This document shows, one piece after another, positions 55,017 through 64,000 of a stretch of DNA of 64,000 bases; positions within the stretch are counted from its first letter, which is position 1, and each line of letters begins with the position of its first letter. Under the pieces are notes generated by a model that was given only the letters and a program-made list of their open reading frames with translations, searched no databases and had not been told where the DNA came from. Position numbers and translations under genes: made by a program. The DNA is from an uncultured Candidatus Saccharibacteria bacterium (lineage in GTDB: Bacteria; Patescibacteriota; Minisyncoccia; Phycocordibacterales; G965230995): the NCBI GenBank assembly GCA_965230995.1, contig OZ246398.1, forward strand, positions 211,768-275,767, written 5' to 3'.

Positions 55017-57575
55017 ATGTTGAATCATAACAATAAACAAAATATTAAAATAAAGAATCTCGCACAATTCGCGAAGCGAATTGTGCCGGTTATATATTTC
55101 TGTTTAATTTTTCTATTTGCCATTACACTTCTACCTTCAATTACAAAAGCTGGACAAATTACTTTACCTCCAAACAATCTCGGTCTAGTGGGGTACTGGT
55201 CTTTTGAAGACGCCACAGGCACCAAGGCAACCGATTTTTCTGGTAATGGTAATACAGGCACACTTACAAATGGTCCAGCATGGATTGCTGGTAAAGTCGG
55301 CAAGGCGGTGAGTTTTGATGGAAGCAATGATTATGTAACTGTGCCAAACAGTTCTTCACTTGCTTTGGGAACAGGTGATTTTAATGTTTCTATGTGGTTA
55401 AAGACAACAACATCTGCAAGTTCATTTTTGTTGAATAAATATATTAACGGTGAGGGTCAATTTGCTATTCTAATAAACTTTGCCGGTTATGGAGGGTCTG
55501 GTGGAAAAGTTACTTTTTATACATATAAATCTGGATCAGAAGTTTATAGGCCATCATCGATAGCGGTTAACGACGGGTTGTGGCATCACTTGTCTTTTGT
55601 AAGAACCGGCACAACATTAAATATATATATTGATGGTGTTTTAAGTAATGGCACACAAACCGGAAGTACTGCTTTGGATGTTACGTCCACTGGCGCCTTA
55701 GGTATTGGTTATAATGGATATGATTCCCCTGACGATAGTGGGTATACAAATGGAACTCTAGATGACATTCGTATCTACTCACGCGCTCTCTCTACCACCG
55801 AAATCTCAAATCTCTACAATCGTTCAAACAAAATCACAAAAGTAAAATCCGGTGTACCAAACAGTCGTCTTGTTGGATATTGGTCTTTTGAAGATGGATC
55901 GGGCTCACAAGCAAGAGACTATTCTGGTAATGGTAATACAGGAACTCTGACTAATATGGACACTAGTGCAGACTGGGTAAGCGGAGCGGTGGGTACAGCA
56001 CTTGATTTTGACGGAACAAACGATTATGTAACGGTGCCAGATAGTAATAGTTTAGATTTTGGTACTTCTGATTTTTCTATTGCCTTTTGGCACAAATCAA
56101 GTGGAACAGGGGAAAGACCCATCTTTGTTAAAGTTGGCGATTGGGACACTGATCAGTCACCAGATAATGATAAAGGATTTATCATTGAACAGAATGGTAC
56201 CAATAAGCTTTTTGCCGGCCTCATTTCTAATAACTGGGGAAAGTACTTATATTCAGTTACAAGTTCCACAATCAACGATAATACATGGAGACATTTTGTC
56301 GTTAAATTTAATAGGTCAGCAAACACCATTGATATATTTATAAATGGTGTTGAGTCTGGATATACTACAGACAGTAGTGCTGTCGGTGGTTATAGCTCGG
56401 CAGATACAGTTACAAATACATATCCAATGCAAATAGGTGTCTTTATTCTGGCAGACTTTGATTATCACCAGGGCCAGCTTGATGATATACGAATCTATGA
56501 TCGTGCATTGACTACTTCAGAAATTACCAGTCTATATACAAACCCAACCTATTCAAACAAGGTAACCAAAGTAAATTCTTCGCAAAACAATAAACTCACA
56601 AATGGCCTTGTAGGTCTATGGTCTTTTGATGGCAAGGATATGTCAATCACAGCGGGAGGCGGGGTAGACTATGTTGTGTCTGGTGCAGACAATACTAATT
56701 ACAATGGCGATTACACAAACAATGGACAAACACAAGGCGGTCAACCTGTTTATGAAAAAAGCGGCGGTGGATATTATCTATTATTTGATAGTCAGATGAT
56801 GTTCTGGGCGTTGCAGGATTCAATTACTGAGAATCATCCATGTTCGGCATATATTCAATGGCAAGATGTGAATGATCCGATTGGTGCCGCTTGGGAAGGA
56901 TTTTGCGAAATGGGTACACCGACTGTAACTGCTGGTGGTGGAGGTGGCGCCGCCTCAACCATTGTATATGACCGTTCTGGTAACAATAATACTGGAACAC
57001 TTACAAATGGTCCGCAACCCGTTGCAGGTAAAATAGGTCAAGGGCTTTCTTTTGATGGAACAGACGACTATGTCACAGTTCCGAATAGCAACACTTTTGA
57101 TTTTGGCACAGGCCCATTTACTTTCTCTGCTTGGGCAAAAACTACAAGTACGGCATATAGCATGTTATTTCTAAGATATAATTCAAGTGGGGGTGGTGGT
57201 CAGATATTCATGTCATTTTCAAGAGGGGGTGGTGCCGATACTGGAAAGGTTGAATTATATACATGGAATTCTACACAGGAAGAAGTATATAGAAAATCTT
57301 CAGGTACCATAAATGATGGACAGTGGCATCATGTGGTGGGTGTAAGGGACGGTGGAACAATCACAATTTATGTTGATGGAGCAGTAAACCAGGGTACTCA
57401 AACTGGTAGTGCCACCATCAATGCAAGCTCTGATGGAACATTTGGTATTGGGTATAACAGTAACGAAGGGGGCGCACCAGGAGGCTATTTTGATGGCTCT
57501 CTTGATGATGTCCGTGTTTACAACCGCGCTCTTTCTATTTCAGAAATCAAACAGCTATATAACATGGGAAGGTGA
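55017..57575 (+). CDS. LamG-like repeat surface protein, paralog 3
   Basis: Starts 2 nt after paralog 2. Same N- and C-terminal modules. Glycine-rich middle. Confidence 0.75.
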   Translation: MLNHNNKQNIKIKNLAQFAKRIVPVIYFCLIFLFAITLLPSITKAGQITLPPNNLGLVGYWSFEDATGTKATDFSGNGNTGTLTNGPAWIAGKVGKAVSFDGSNDYVTVPNSSSLALGTGDFNVSMWLKTTTSASSFLLNKYINGEGQFAILINFAGYGGSGGKVTFYTYKSGSEVYRPSSIAVNDGLWHHLSFVRTGTTLNIYIDGVLSNGTQTGSTALDVTSTGALGIGYNGYDSPDDSGYTNGTLDDIRIYSRALSTTEISNLYNRSNKITKVKSGVPNSRLVGYWSFEDGSGSQARDYSGNGNTGTLTNMDTSADWVSGAVGTALDFDGTNDYVTVPDSNSLDFGTSDFSIAFWHKSSGTGERPIFVKVGDWDTDQSPDNDKGFIIEQNGTNKLFAGLISNNWGKYLYSVTSSTINDNTWRHFVVKFNRSANTIDIFINGVESGYTTDSSAVGGYSSADTVTNTYPMQIGVFILADFDYHQGQLDDIRIYDRALTTSEITSLYTNPTYSNKVTKVNSSQNNKLTNGLVGLWSFDGKDMSITAGGGVDYVVSGADNTNYNGDYTNNGQTQGGQPVYEKSGGGYYLLFDSQMMFWALQDSITENHPCSAYIQWQDVNDPIGAAWEGFCEMGTPTVTAGGGGGAASTIVYDRSGNNNTGTLTNGPQPVAGKIGQGLSFDGTDDYVTVPNSNTFDFGTGPFTFSAWAKTTSTAYSMLFLRYNSSGGGGQIFMSFSRGGGADTGKVELYTWNSTQEEVYRKSSGTINDGQWHHVVGVRDGGTITIYVDGAVNQGTQTGSATINASSDGTFGIGYNSNEGGAPGGYFDGSLDDVRVYNRALSISEIKQLYNMGR

Positions 57576-57649
57576 ACCGGATAATTTTGCAACATTTTAT
57601 ACCCCTTGACGTCTGGTTTTGTCGGGTGTATTATATATGTAATAGATTA

Positions 57650-57672
57650 ACGCCAGCGGGGCGTTTTTTAAT
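57650..57672 (+). terminator. Hairpin plus T-run between the LamG gene and secE. A TTGACG-17-TATTAT promoter-like element lies just upstream at about 57606..57634.
   Basis: aacgcc-agcgg-ggcgtttttt. The promoter-then-hairpin order suggests either an attenuator in the secE leader or a LamG terminator with a coincidental promoter match. Confidence 0.35.
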
Positions 57673-57680
57673 ACAAAAAT

Positions 57681-57857
57681 ATGAAAATAATTGATTATAT
57701 AAAGGACACAAAAGCAGAGCTTAGACACGTAAGCTGGCCATCAAGAAAGCAGGCTATGGGTTTTACTGTTGTAACGGTAATCATATCAATAGCAGTTGCA
57801 GTCTATCTTGGAATCTTTGATTATATCTTTACACAGATACTTAGAATTACTCTTTAA
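57681..57857 (+). CDS. secE: Preprotein translocase subunit SecE, 58 aa (not in the supplied ORF track)
   Basis: Hand-translated: MKIIDYIKDTKAELRHVSWPSRKQAMGFTVVTVIISIAVAVYLGIFDYIFTQILRITL. Single TM. Canonical position before nusG. Confidence 0.7.
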   Translation: MKIIDYIKDTKAELRHVSWPSRKQAMGFTVVTVIISIAVAVYLGIFDYIFTQILRITL

Positions 57858-57882
57858 TTAGTTCTTTAATCTTCTTTAATTT

Positions 57883-58428
57883 ATGTCAAAACAAAAAATA
57901 CAAGAAGGGAGAAATTGGTATGTGATCCACACATACGCAGGATACGAAAACGCTGTGATGAACAATCTAAAGCAACGTATCGAATCTCTCGGTATGCAGG
58001 ACAAAATTTTTAATGTACTTGTTCCTACTGAAAAGAAAATCAAAGTAAAAGCAGGAAAGAGGGTAGAAGAATTAGAAAAAATATACCCAGGATATATTCT
58101 TGTTGATATGGTGGTTACTGACGATTCTTGGTATGTCGTGAGAAACACACCGAGAGTCACAGGTTTCGTCGGTTCTGGTGTTACCCCGGTTCCCCTAGGT
58201 AAAAAAGAAGCAGACGAACTATTTGCTCGAATGAATGCAGAGACTCCAACCCATAATATTGACCTTGCAATCGAAGACATAGTAAAGATCGCAGACGGTC
58301 CTTTCAAAGATCTAGAGGGTAGGGTAAGCGAAATTGACCAAAGCAGAGGAAAGGTTAAAGTCTTGGTTTCTATGTTTGGTAGAGAAACACCGGTTGAACT
58401 AGATTTCTTGCAAATAAAGAAGATTTAG
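57883..58428 (+). CDS. nusG: Transcription termination/antitermination factor NusG
   Basis: NGN domain start (WYVIHTYAGYENAV) and a C-terminal KOW. Confidence 0.85.
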   Translation: MSKQKIQEGRNWYVIHTYAGYENAVMNNLKQRIESLGMQDKIFNVLVPTEKKIKVKAGKRVEELEKIYPGYILVDMVVTDDSWYVVRNTPRVTGFVGSGVTPVPLGKKEADELFARMNAETPTHNIDLAIEDIVKIADGPFKDLEGRVSEIDQSRGKVKVLVSMFGRETPVELDFLQIKKI

Positions 58429-58494
58429 GAATTAAAGGGGCAGAGCTAGACTTTTTTCGGAAAATACATATTATAAGCACTACAAAATAAATTT

Positions 58495-58917
58495 ATGGCA
58501 AAGAAAATATTAAAAAAGCTAAAATTACAGATTCCAGCAGGAAAAGCCAATCCAGCTCCACCAGTTGGACCTGCTTTGGGACAAGCCGGTATTAACATCG
58601 GAGATTTCGTTCAAAAATTCAATGCAGCTACTGCAAAAATGATGGGCGATATCGTTCCTGTTGAAATATCAGTTTACGAAGACAGAACATATACTTTTGT
58701 TCTTAAGACACCACCAGCAGCAAATCTTATTATGAAAGCAGCTGGTATTGAAAAAGGATCTAGCAAGAATGCACTATCTAGAGCAGGAAAGATAACAAAA
58801 GCTCAGGTAAGAGAAATTGCAGAGAAAAAACTTCCAGACCTAAACGCTCACGACATCGAAGCTGCTTCAAAAATAATCGAAGGAACAGCAAGATCAATGG
58901 GGGTAGAAGTTAAATAA
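58495..58917 (+). CDS. rplK: 50S ribosomal protein L11
   Basis: [35 protein letters not shown]. Confidence 0.9.
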   Translation: MAKKILKKLKLQIPAGKANPAPPVGPALGQAGINIGDFVQKFNAATAKMMGDIVPVEISVYEDRTYTFVLKTPPAANLIMKAAGIEKGSSKNALSRAGKITKAQVREIAEKKLPDLNAHDIEAASKIIEGTARSMGVEVK

Positions 58918-58928
58918 TACAAAAACAC

Positions 58929-58953
58929 AAAAACCGCCTAGGCGGTTTTTGTG
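58929..58953 (+). terminator. Rho-independent terminator after rplK. No rplA follows.
   Basis: aaaaccgcc-tag-gcggttttt. Confidence 0.55.
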
Positions 58954-58967
58954 TTATCATAATAAAT

Positions 58968-59315
58968 ATGAATACAGAAACTATTCCAAATAAAGCAAAT
59001 GTAGAGAAGATATTAACTAAACAAGAAATCATTTCTTTATTAAAAGGCATTGCAGGTGAACCTACATATTATGTTGACAAACGTGAAGATGAAAGAGGTG
59101 TAGGATTGTGTTTCGTTGAAAGTAGTCCAGATAAAAATGGTGACTATCGAGTATATCAATATGCAAGAGCTGGCTTTACGTTGCCGATCACAGAGAAAAA
59201 ACAAGATGATGGTTCATTACCAGAGAGAACAATAATACAAGAAAGTAGTGTATTGGTTATTTATTATAATAAAGAAAAGGAAGTTATAGACACTAAGTAT
59301 TTTCCTTGTAATTAA
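58968..59315 (+). CDS. Hypothetical protein
   Basis: 115-aa ORF with no recognisable motif. Confidence 0.3.
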   Translation: MNTETIPNKANVEKILTKQEIISLLKGIAGEPTYYVDKREDERGVGLCFVESSPDKNGDYRVYQYARAGFTLPITEKKQDDGSLPERTIIQESSVLVIYYNKEKEVIDTKYFPCN

Positions 59316-59800
59316 TTCTTTGTGAGGTCTATAAAAGTATAAGCAGGAGAATTTTCTAGATGTTCTTCTTTAAATTTTTCTATTTTGAAATCTTTGTAGT
59401 CTGGAAAGAAAGTATCTCCTTCAAAATTTCCGTGGACTATTGTTAGATGCAAAATGTCAGCAAGGTTCATAAACTGCTCATAGACCTTTGCTCCACCAAT
59501 AATAAACACATCCTCACCACCAGGTGATTTTTTTGCAATCTCCAAAGCATTTTCTATGTTTGGGCAGGTGACACAACCAGCAATTTCTTCTGCTTCCCTT
59601 GATAAAACAATATTTGTTCTGTCTGACAGAGGTTTGCCGATGGATTCAAAAGTCCTTTTACCCATAATGATAGGGTGTCCAGATGTAATCTCTTTGAATC
59701 GTTTAAAATCAGCAGGTATATGCCAAGGTATTTTCCCTTTGTTTCCGATTACACGGTTGCCTTTGCCAACCGCAACAATAATGTGGATTTTTTGGTTCAT
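59312..59800 (-). CDS. folA: Dihydrofolate reductase
   Basis: IIVAVGKGNRVIGNKGKIPWHIPADFKRFKEIT. Confidence 0.85.
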   Translation of the reverse strand: MNQKIHIIVAVGKGNRVIGNKGKIPWHIPADFKRFKEITSGHPIIMGKRTFESIGKPLSDRTNIVLSREAEEIAGCVTCPNIENALEIAKKSPGGEDVFIIGGAKVYEQFMNLADILHLTIVHGNFEGDTFFPDYKDFKIEKFKEEHLENSPAYTFIDLTKN

Positions 59801-59825
59801 TTATAAATATTAACATAAAAAAGAA

Positions 59826-59860
59826 CGTGCCCACCGCCACGGGGCGGTAGGCACGTATTG
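59826..59860 (-). terminator. GC-rich hairpin and U-run on the minus strand just downstream of the GC-rich HIT gene
   Basis: acgtgcc-caccgccacggggcggt-aggcacgt. Confidence 0.4.
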
Positions 59861-59879
59861 CAATCAGACCGCCTGGGCA

Positions 59880-60497
59880 TCACTCATTCATGTGATACGC
59901 CCGGACGAGTTCCTCTTCGGTATTTGCATTGAAAAGGAGGTGATCCCTTTCGGTCTGAAGCCCCCGTTCTGCGTAGACGCGCGCGTAAACCTCCATCCGG
60001 GCAATCTGCGCCTCGCGTACCTCTTCGGGCTTCCCGAAGACCTGCAGGACACTTCCTTTGCCTGTCGGCCGGATGAGGTGTGCGTGCGGATGCTTCAGGG
60101 TTGCCCCCGAGAGATCCGGCCTGTCACCGAACCGGAGAGCCAGACCTCCCCCTCGGATGTTGTACATCCCGCAGAGAGTGTTGAAGAAGGAAAAGAGCTC
60201 CGCGCCTTCTTCGGGCTTGAAAACAAAACCAGCGACATCCTTCGGGTGCCTCTTGAGGACTAGCACGAAGGGTTGATGTTGGGAGGGGTTTTCCTTGTAG
60301 ATTGCGTTCTCAATCACAGTCCAGAACATCCCCACGAGGACTGCTCTGTTCGGTTCCTTGATTTTGCAAAACGGGCAAACATCTTGTTCGATAGCCCGCC
60401 TCATGATTTCGTAGTAGTGGTAGCCCCAGCAGTTTTCGAGCCAACAAATCCAGTTTTTCACCGCATTTTCTCCGTTGAGGGTTTCGCCAAAGATCAC
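59880..60497 (-). CDS. HIT-superfamily protein (GalT-like / Ap4A-phosphorylase-like) on a GC-rich, apparently foreign segment
   Basis: CPFC zinc knuckle and histidine-triad LKHPHAHLI. Homologous to the AT-rich native paralog 62036..62476 (CPFC ... LSGAT.SHLHLHII). Confidence 0.5.
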   Translation of the reverse strand: MIFGETLNGENAVKNWICWLENCWGYHYYEIMRRAIEQDVCPFCKIKEPNRAVLVGMFWTVIENAIYKENPSQHQPFVLVLKRHPKDVAGFVFKPEEGAELFSFFNTLCGMYNIRGGGLALRFGDRPDLSGATLKHPHAHLIRPTGKGSVLQVFGKPEEVREAQIARMEVYARVYAERGLQTERDHLLFNANTEEELVRAYHMNE

Positions 60498-60600
60498 ATC
60501 TCAAATAATATTATATTATAAGTATAAGCTTTTGTAAAGAATGATGAAAGCTTAAGAAAAAAGATATATAATAGGGTTATACAAATAATATAAAAATAAA

Positions 60601-61197
60601 ATGCCAGATGTAGAACTACTTGAAGAAGATTTTTTTCATCGGGAATCAAATTTGGAGAAAAGAAAGATAGACACCTATGATGATCTGGCTGTTGTGTTAA
60701 AGAAATTAAGAGAAAAGGGGAAAAGGATTGTTTTGACTCAAGGTGTGTGGGATCTCATACACGAGGGTCATGCAATGTATCTTGAAGCAGCAAAGAGACA
60801 TGGCGATGTTCTGATTGTTGGCGTTGATTCTGACAGGTTAACAAAAATTAGAAAAGGGGAGAATAGGCCCATTGTCCCAGAATCAGAGCGATTGCGAATG
60901 TTATCGCATCTTAGATCGGTCGATCTTCTTTTCGTTAGAGATAATGAAAACGATATGGAAGATTTAGTTAGATTTGTTCATCCTGACGTATTTGTGATGT
61001 CAAAAAGCACAAAAGATATTCCTTTGGAAAAAGGTCACTTTGATAATTTTGCAGATAAAATAGTGTGTCTTGAACCTCAGGCAACATCTTCTACAACAGC
61101 AAGAATTAGAAATTTGACAATAGAAGGAGCAGAAAAACTTGCAAAGGAAATAAACAAATTAACGTTGGACTTTTTAGATAAGATAAAAAATAGTTGA
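60601..61197 (+). CDS. Cytidylyltransferase-like (HIGH-motif) nucleotidyltransferase, RfaE domain II / glycerol-3-phosphate cytidylyltransferase-like
   Basis: TQGVWDLIHEGH is a (T/H)xGH motif. Confidence 0.55.
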   Translation: MPDVELLEEDFFHRESNLEKRKIDTYDDLAVVLKKLREKGKRIVLTQGVWDLIHEGHAMYLEAAKRHGDVLIVGVDSDRLTKIRKGENRPIVPESERLRMLSHLRSVDLLFVRDNENDMEDLVRFVHPDVFVMSKSTKDIPLEKGHFDNFADKIVCLEPQATSSTTARIRNLTIEGAEKLAKEINKLTLDFLDKIKNS

Positions 61198-61198
61198 T

Positions 61199-62035
61199 AT
61201 GAAAAAAGCGATTGTTGCTCTAGTGCCTGTAATACATTCGAACTATCTAAAGTTTTTTGAAAAAGACGTGGATGTTTTGTATATAATTGGTGAATCGATT
61301 CTAGAAAAATGGGATCACAATATCCATTTGCACAGGGATCTAAGAAGAATTGATCAACAAAAAATTGCACAACTAATAGAAAAATCCAACCTGGTTAAAA
61401 AAGTTTTTGTTTTGGAAGAAAAAAATATTTCAGAACTGCTTGAATATGAGAATATTATTATGCCAGATGAAGATGTTTCTCGTTGGTTTGCAGATAAATT
61501 CTTACCAGAAAAAAGGGTTTCTTTTGAAAATATTTTTTTGAGATGGAATAAACCAGTAAGCACTACCGAAATGCAGATTGTTCCAGATAGAGTAATCACA
61601 GAAGAAGCCATTCATAAAGATTTTATCGGAAAAGCAGAAATTTTATCGGAAAAGAGCGCAAATTGGTGGAGACAGATTGGGGCACTAGCGGTTTTAGATG
61701 GTAGGGTTATTGCAAGTTCATACAATAGACATGTGCCAACTCAATATAATATTGAGGTTTATGGAGATTTAAGAGCTGACTTTAATGCAGGAGAGCATCA
61801 TGAGCTTTCTAATTCTATTCATGCCGAAGCCTCCTTAATAGCAAAATGTGCAAAAGATGGGATAAAGATTTCAGGGGCTGATTTATATGTTACGACCTTT
61901 CCATGCCCAACATGTGCAAAACTAGTTGCTGATGCTGGAATCAAACGAGTTTTTTACAAAGACGGTTATTCTCTTGCTGATGCTGAAGATGTGCTAAAGA
62001 ATGTAGGTGTAGAGATAATTTTGGTTAAAAAATAA
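61199..62035 (+). CDS. CMP/dCMP deaminase family zinc enzyme with an N-terminal extension of about 150 aa
   Basis: HAE...PCPTC zinc-binding signature. Confidence 0.6.
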   Translation: MKKAIVALVPVIHSNYLKFFEKDVDVLYIIGESILEKWDHNIHLHRDLRRIDQQKIAQLIEKSNLVKKVFVLEEKNISELLEYENIIMPDEDVSRWFADKFLPEKRVSFENIFLRWNKPVSTTEMQIVPDRVITEEAIHKDFIGKAEILSEKSANWWRQIGALAVLDGRVIASSYNRHVPTQYNIEVYGDLRADFNAGEHHELSNSIHAEASLIAKCAKDGIKISGADLYVTTFPCPTCAKLVADAGIKRVFYKDGYSLADAEDVLKNVGVEIILVKK

Positions 62036-62476
62036 TTATCCAACTCTCGCCATTACTTTATCTGCAGAATTCTTTGCAGATATAATATGTAAATGAAGAT
62101 GGGAGACCGTAGCCCCTGATAGAGTAGGGTCGCCTAATCTTCCTAGTATTGACGCACTTTTTAGATTAAAATTTTGTTTAATATTTTTTTGAATTTCTTT
62201 TACATCAAGCCATTCTTCATCCGTAAGTTCGTCGACGGTTTTTATATGTCTTTGTGATATGAGCAGAATATGTTTTTGGGTATTTTCATATGGCCATGCG
62301 TTTTCAGTCACAATCCAAGATTTTGTTTCAAACAATATTGGCTTGCTGTGATATTTTTCTATATTTTCTCTACAAAAAGGACACACTCCATCGTTAATGA
62401 TTTTTTGCATTACCTGTATTTGTTCGTCTTTTCTTGCGTTTGCAATAGAGAGTCCGCTTTTTTGATCTGTCGTCAT
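62036..62476 (-). CDS. HIT-family protein (native AT-rich paralog of 59880..60497)
   Basis: CPFC and SHLHLHII histidine triad. Confidence 0.55.
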   Translation of the reverse strand: MTTDQKSGLSIANARKDEQIQVMQKIINDGVCPFCRENIEKYHSKPILFETKSWIVTENAWPYENTQKHILLISQRHIKTVDELTDEEWLDVKEIQKNIKQNFNLKSASILGRLGDPTLSGATVSHLHLHIISAKNSADKVMARVG

Positions 62477-62480
62477 ATTT

Positions 62481-63425
62481 TTAAATTGGTGTTGGTATAG
62501 TAACCCAAGGATGTGGATTGTAATCTTCTAATACAAAATCCTCAGGTCTAAAATCTGATAATTTTTCTATTTTTCTATTCGTTTCGATTCGAACAGTGGG
62601 GAAGGGTCTTGGTTCGCGTGATAGTAATGTGTCGATAGCTTCATTTTGAACATCATAATAGTGTGGGTTTGATAGAAAATGAGTGTATCTTGTAAAAGTG
62701 TATCCAAGTATATGTGAAGCCATAAGCCCTAGTGATGCCCATTCAATCAAATTGAATTGTAAACCAACTGGAACATCCGCTGATCTTTGAGTGTGGGTGA
62801 GCTCTAATTCTTTTGTATGGTCAAACAAAGTAAAATGTAAAAAGTTTCCGTGACATGGTGCCACTACGACTTTTCGTTTGAATCCTTGTGATTCATCTCC
62901 CATAGAAAGTGCTGGGTGCCATGTTGTCATTACATGTGTGCGTAAAAATGGCATTTTTTTCATTTGATTCATTACCGCTTCTACTTGATTGAAGAAACCG
63001 GTTGCTGTTTGGAATTTTCCAAGTGAGGCTCCATAAGAACCGTCTCCTAGATGATGCTCCTCTAGACCGAATTTTTCGCATTTTTCTTTTGTAACCCAGT
63101 TCTCCCACCAAATTTTCGGCATACCAAAAGTCTCTAACTCTTCTAGTGTTTCTGCTCCGTTTAAAAAACCAATCACTTCTCCAAGCGCGCCTTTGAAAGG
63201 ATTTTTTAGATTTCTCTCTGTTAGGACAGGGAAACCATTGCTCATATCAAAAGAGAGCATTCTGCCTGTTACTTCTCTTGAATTTTGATGACCAGTTTTT
63301 TTGTTTTCGTCCAACCTTGCATGTATTGGGACTTTGTCTTTGCCGTTTTCCCTGATGTCTTTTAGGAGGTTTTTATATTGAAAATCAGGTGTTCTTTCGC
63401 TGTATGGTTTGTAGTTTATCATCAC
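62481..63425 (-). CDS. thyA: Thymidylate synthase (ThyA family), divergent, with an N-terminal extension
   Basis: VAPCHGNFLHF active-site Cys region. QRSADVPVGLQFN. LSREPRPFPTV and EDYNPHP match ThyA C-terminal motifs. Confidence 0.7.
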   Translation of the reverse strand: MMINYKPYSERTPDFQYKNLLKDIRENGKDKVPIHARLDENKKTGHQNSREVTGRMLSFDMSNGFPVLTERNLKNPFKGALGEVIGFLNGAETLEELETFGMPKIWWENWVTKEKCEKFGLEEHHLGDGSYGASLGKFQTATGFFNQVEAVMNQMKKMPFLRTHVMTTWHPALSMGDESQGFKRKVVVAPCHGNFLHFTLFDHTKELELTHTQRSADVPVGLQFNLIEWASLGLMASHILGYTFTRYTHFLSNPHYYDVQNEAIDTLLSREPRPFPTVRIETNRKIEKLSDFRPEDFVLEDYNPHPWVTIPTPI

Positions 63426-63602
63426 TACATTTTACTCTGAAGTTACCTCAATTCAAAGAAAAAAGAGAGGGGGAATTAAAATAGTCTACACGTCAATATG
63501 TTGCATATTGAGGCTTGGCGTATAATAAAGTGATAACAAAAATTCCATGTTGTAATCAAATTAAAAGTGGGAATATCATTACAATTTAATCGCTGTTTTA
63601 CT

Positions 63603-64000
63603 ATGAAAGACAAAGAAATAGAGAAATTAATCAAGGCAGAAGAAAAAAGACAAAAGAGCGTTGTGAATCTGATTGCTTCAGAGAATTTTGTATCAAAAGA
63701 TGTACTATCTGCATTGGGTTCTGTTCTAACAAATAAATATTCCGAAGGATATCCTGGAAAGAGGTATTATGGCGGTCAGACTTTTACAGACAAAGTAGAA
63801 GTCTTGGCACAAAAAAGAGCCTTAAAGGCTTTTGGACTTTCTTCTAAAAATTGGCATGTTAATCTCCAGCCTCTGTCAGGTTCGCCAGCCAACGTTGCTG
63901 TCTATTTAGGACTAGTTCCAAAGGGAGAAAAAATTATGGGTATGAGCCTAACCAATGGCGGACATCTTACCCACGGACACAAGGTCTCTATTACGGGAAT
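63603..64000 (+). CDS. glyA: Serine hydroxymethyltransferase, N-terminal part only (continues past the window end)
   Basis: [11 protein letters not shown]...[13 protein letters not shown]...GGHLTHG. Confidence 0.85.
   Translation, partial: MKDKEIEKLIKAEEKRQKSVVNLIASENFVSKDVLSALGSVLTNKYSEGYPGKRYYGGQTFTDKVEVLAQKRALKAFGLSSKNWHVNLQPLSGSPANVAVYLGLVPKGEKIMGMSLTNGGHLTHGHKVSITG

Noticed and set aside
1-64000. CRISPR arrays, rRNA genes, and full-length IS/transposase or integrase genes
   Set aside because: No evenly spaced direct-repeat arrays, no rRNA-like conserved blocks and no transposase or recombinase motifs were seen in any frame. The mobile-looking features here are all short and non-autonomous.

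Overview
This is an AT-rich bacterial chromosome segment that is almost entirely housekeeping genes. In the hunt section, the strongest signal is a family of small structured elements sitting at the 3' ends of at least four different tRNA genes. The style (small genes, divergent housekeeping proteins, multiple LamG-repeat surface proteins, type IV pilus genes) suggests a Candidate Phyla Radiation / Patescibacteria-like organism, but that is inference from gene content, not something the sequence proves.

Recognisable genes:
- Recombination and repair: ruvC, yebC, ruvB and ruvA (ruvA sits separately), fpg, lexA-dinB, and an MGMT-like DNA-binding protein.
- Replication: polA and a holA-like gene.
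- Type IV pilus: pilB and a pilM-pilN-pilO cluster.
- Translation and RNA modification: rpsT, rplS, secE-nusG-rplK, tsaE, a SpoU-family methyltransferase, an RluA-family pseudouridine synthase, and an RlmI-like methyltransferase.
- Cell wall: a Mur ligase, alr, and a VanW-like protein.
- Nucleotide and folate metabolism: nrdA-nrdB, folD, folA, thyA, a dCMP deaminase-like gene, and the start of glyA.
- Other: mscL, an ECF sigma/anti-sigma pair, and a copper regulon (csoR, copA, an HMA-domain membrane protein, and a cupredoxin-like protein) with three promoters of the same layout.
- Six tRNAs: Lys, Ser, Arg, Val, Leu, His.

Main hunt observations:
- tRNA-linked elements. At least four tRNA genes (Lys, Arg, Val, Leu) are each followed by a short element of about 120-180 nt. 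Each element's 3' end copies the last 17-22 nt of its own tRNA, and its 5' arm is complementary to that tRNA's T-arm. Two internal stems of the core are maintained by compensatory base changes between copies. A second G-rich module is often attached.
- tRNA-His carries a separate 1.3 kb island bounded by 48-bp direct repeats of the tRNA 3' part, with a single membrane-protein cargo gene.
- Foreign segments. Several clearly GC-richer stretches (about 11.3-11.7 kb, 14.45-15.5 kb, 32.1-34.3 kb, 59.8-60.5 kb) lie next to these sites or next to native paralogs. They look like horizontally acquired DNA, judged by eye.
- Mosaic LamG family. Three large LamG-repeat proteins share near-identical ends and near-identical internal linker blocks of about 200 bp around divergent domain cassettes. 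This could allow recombination-driven variation.
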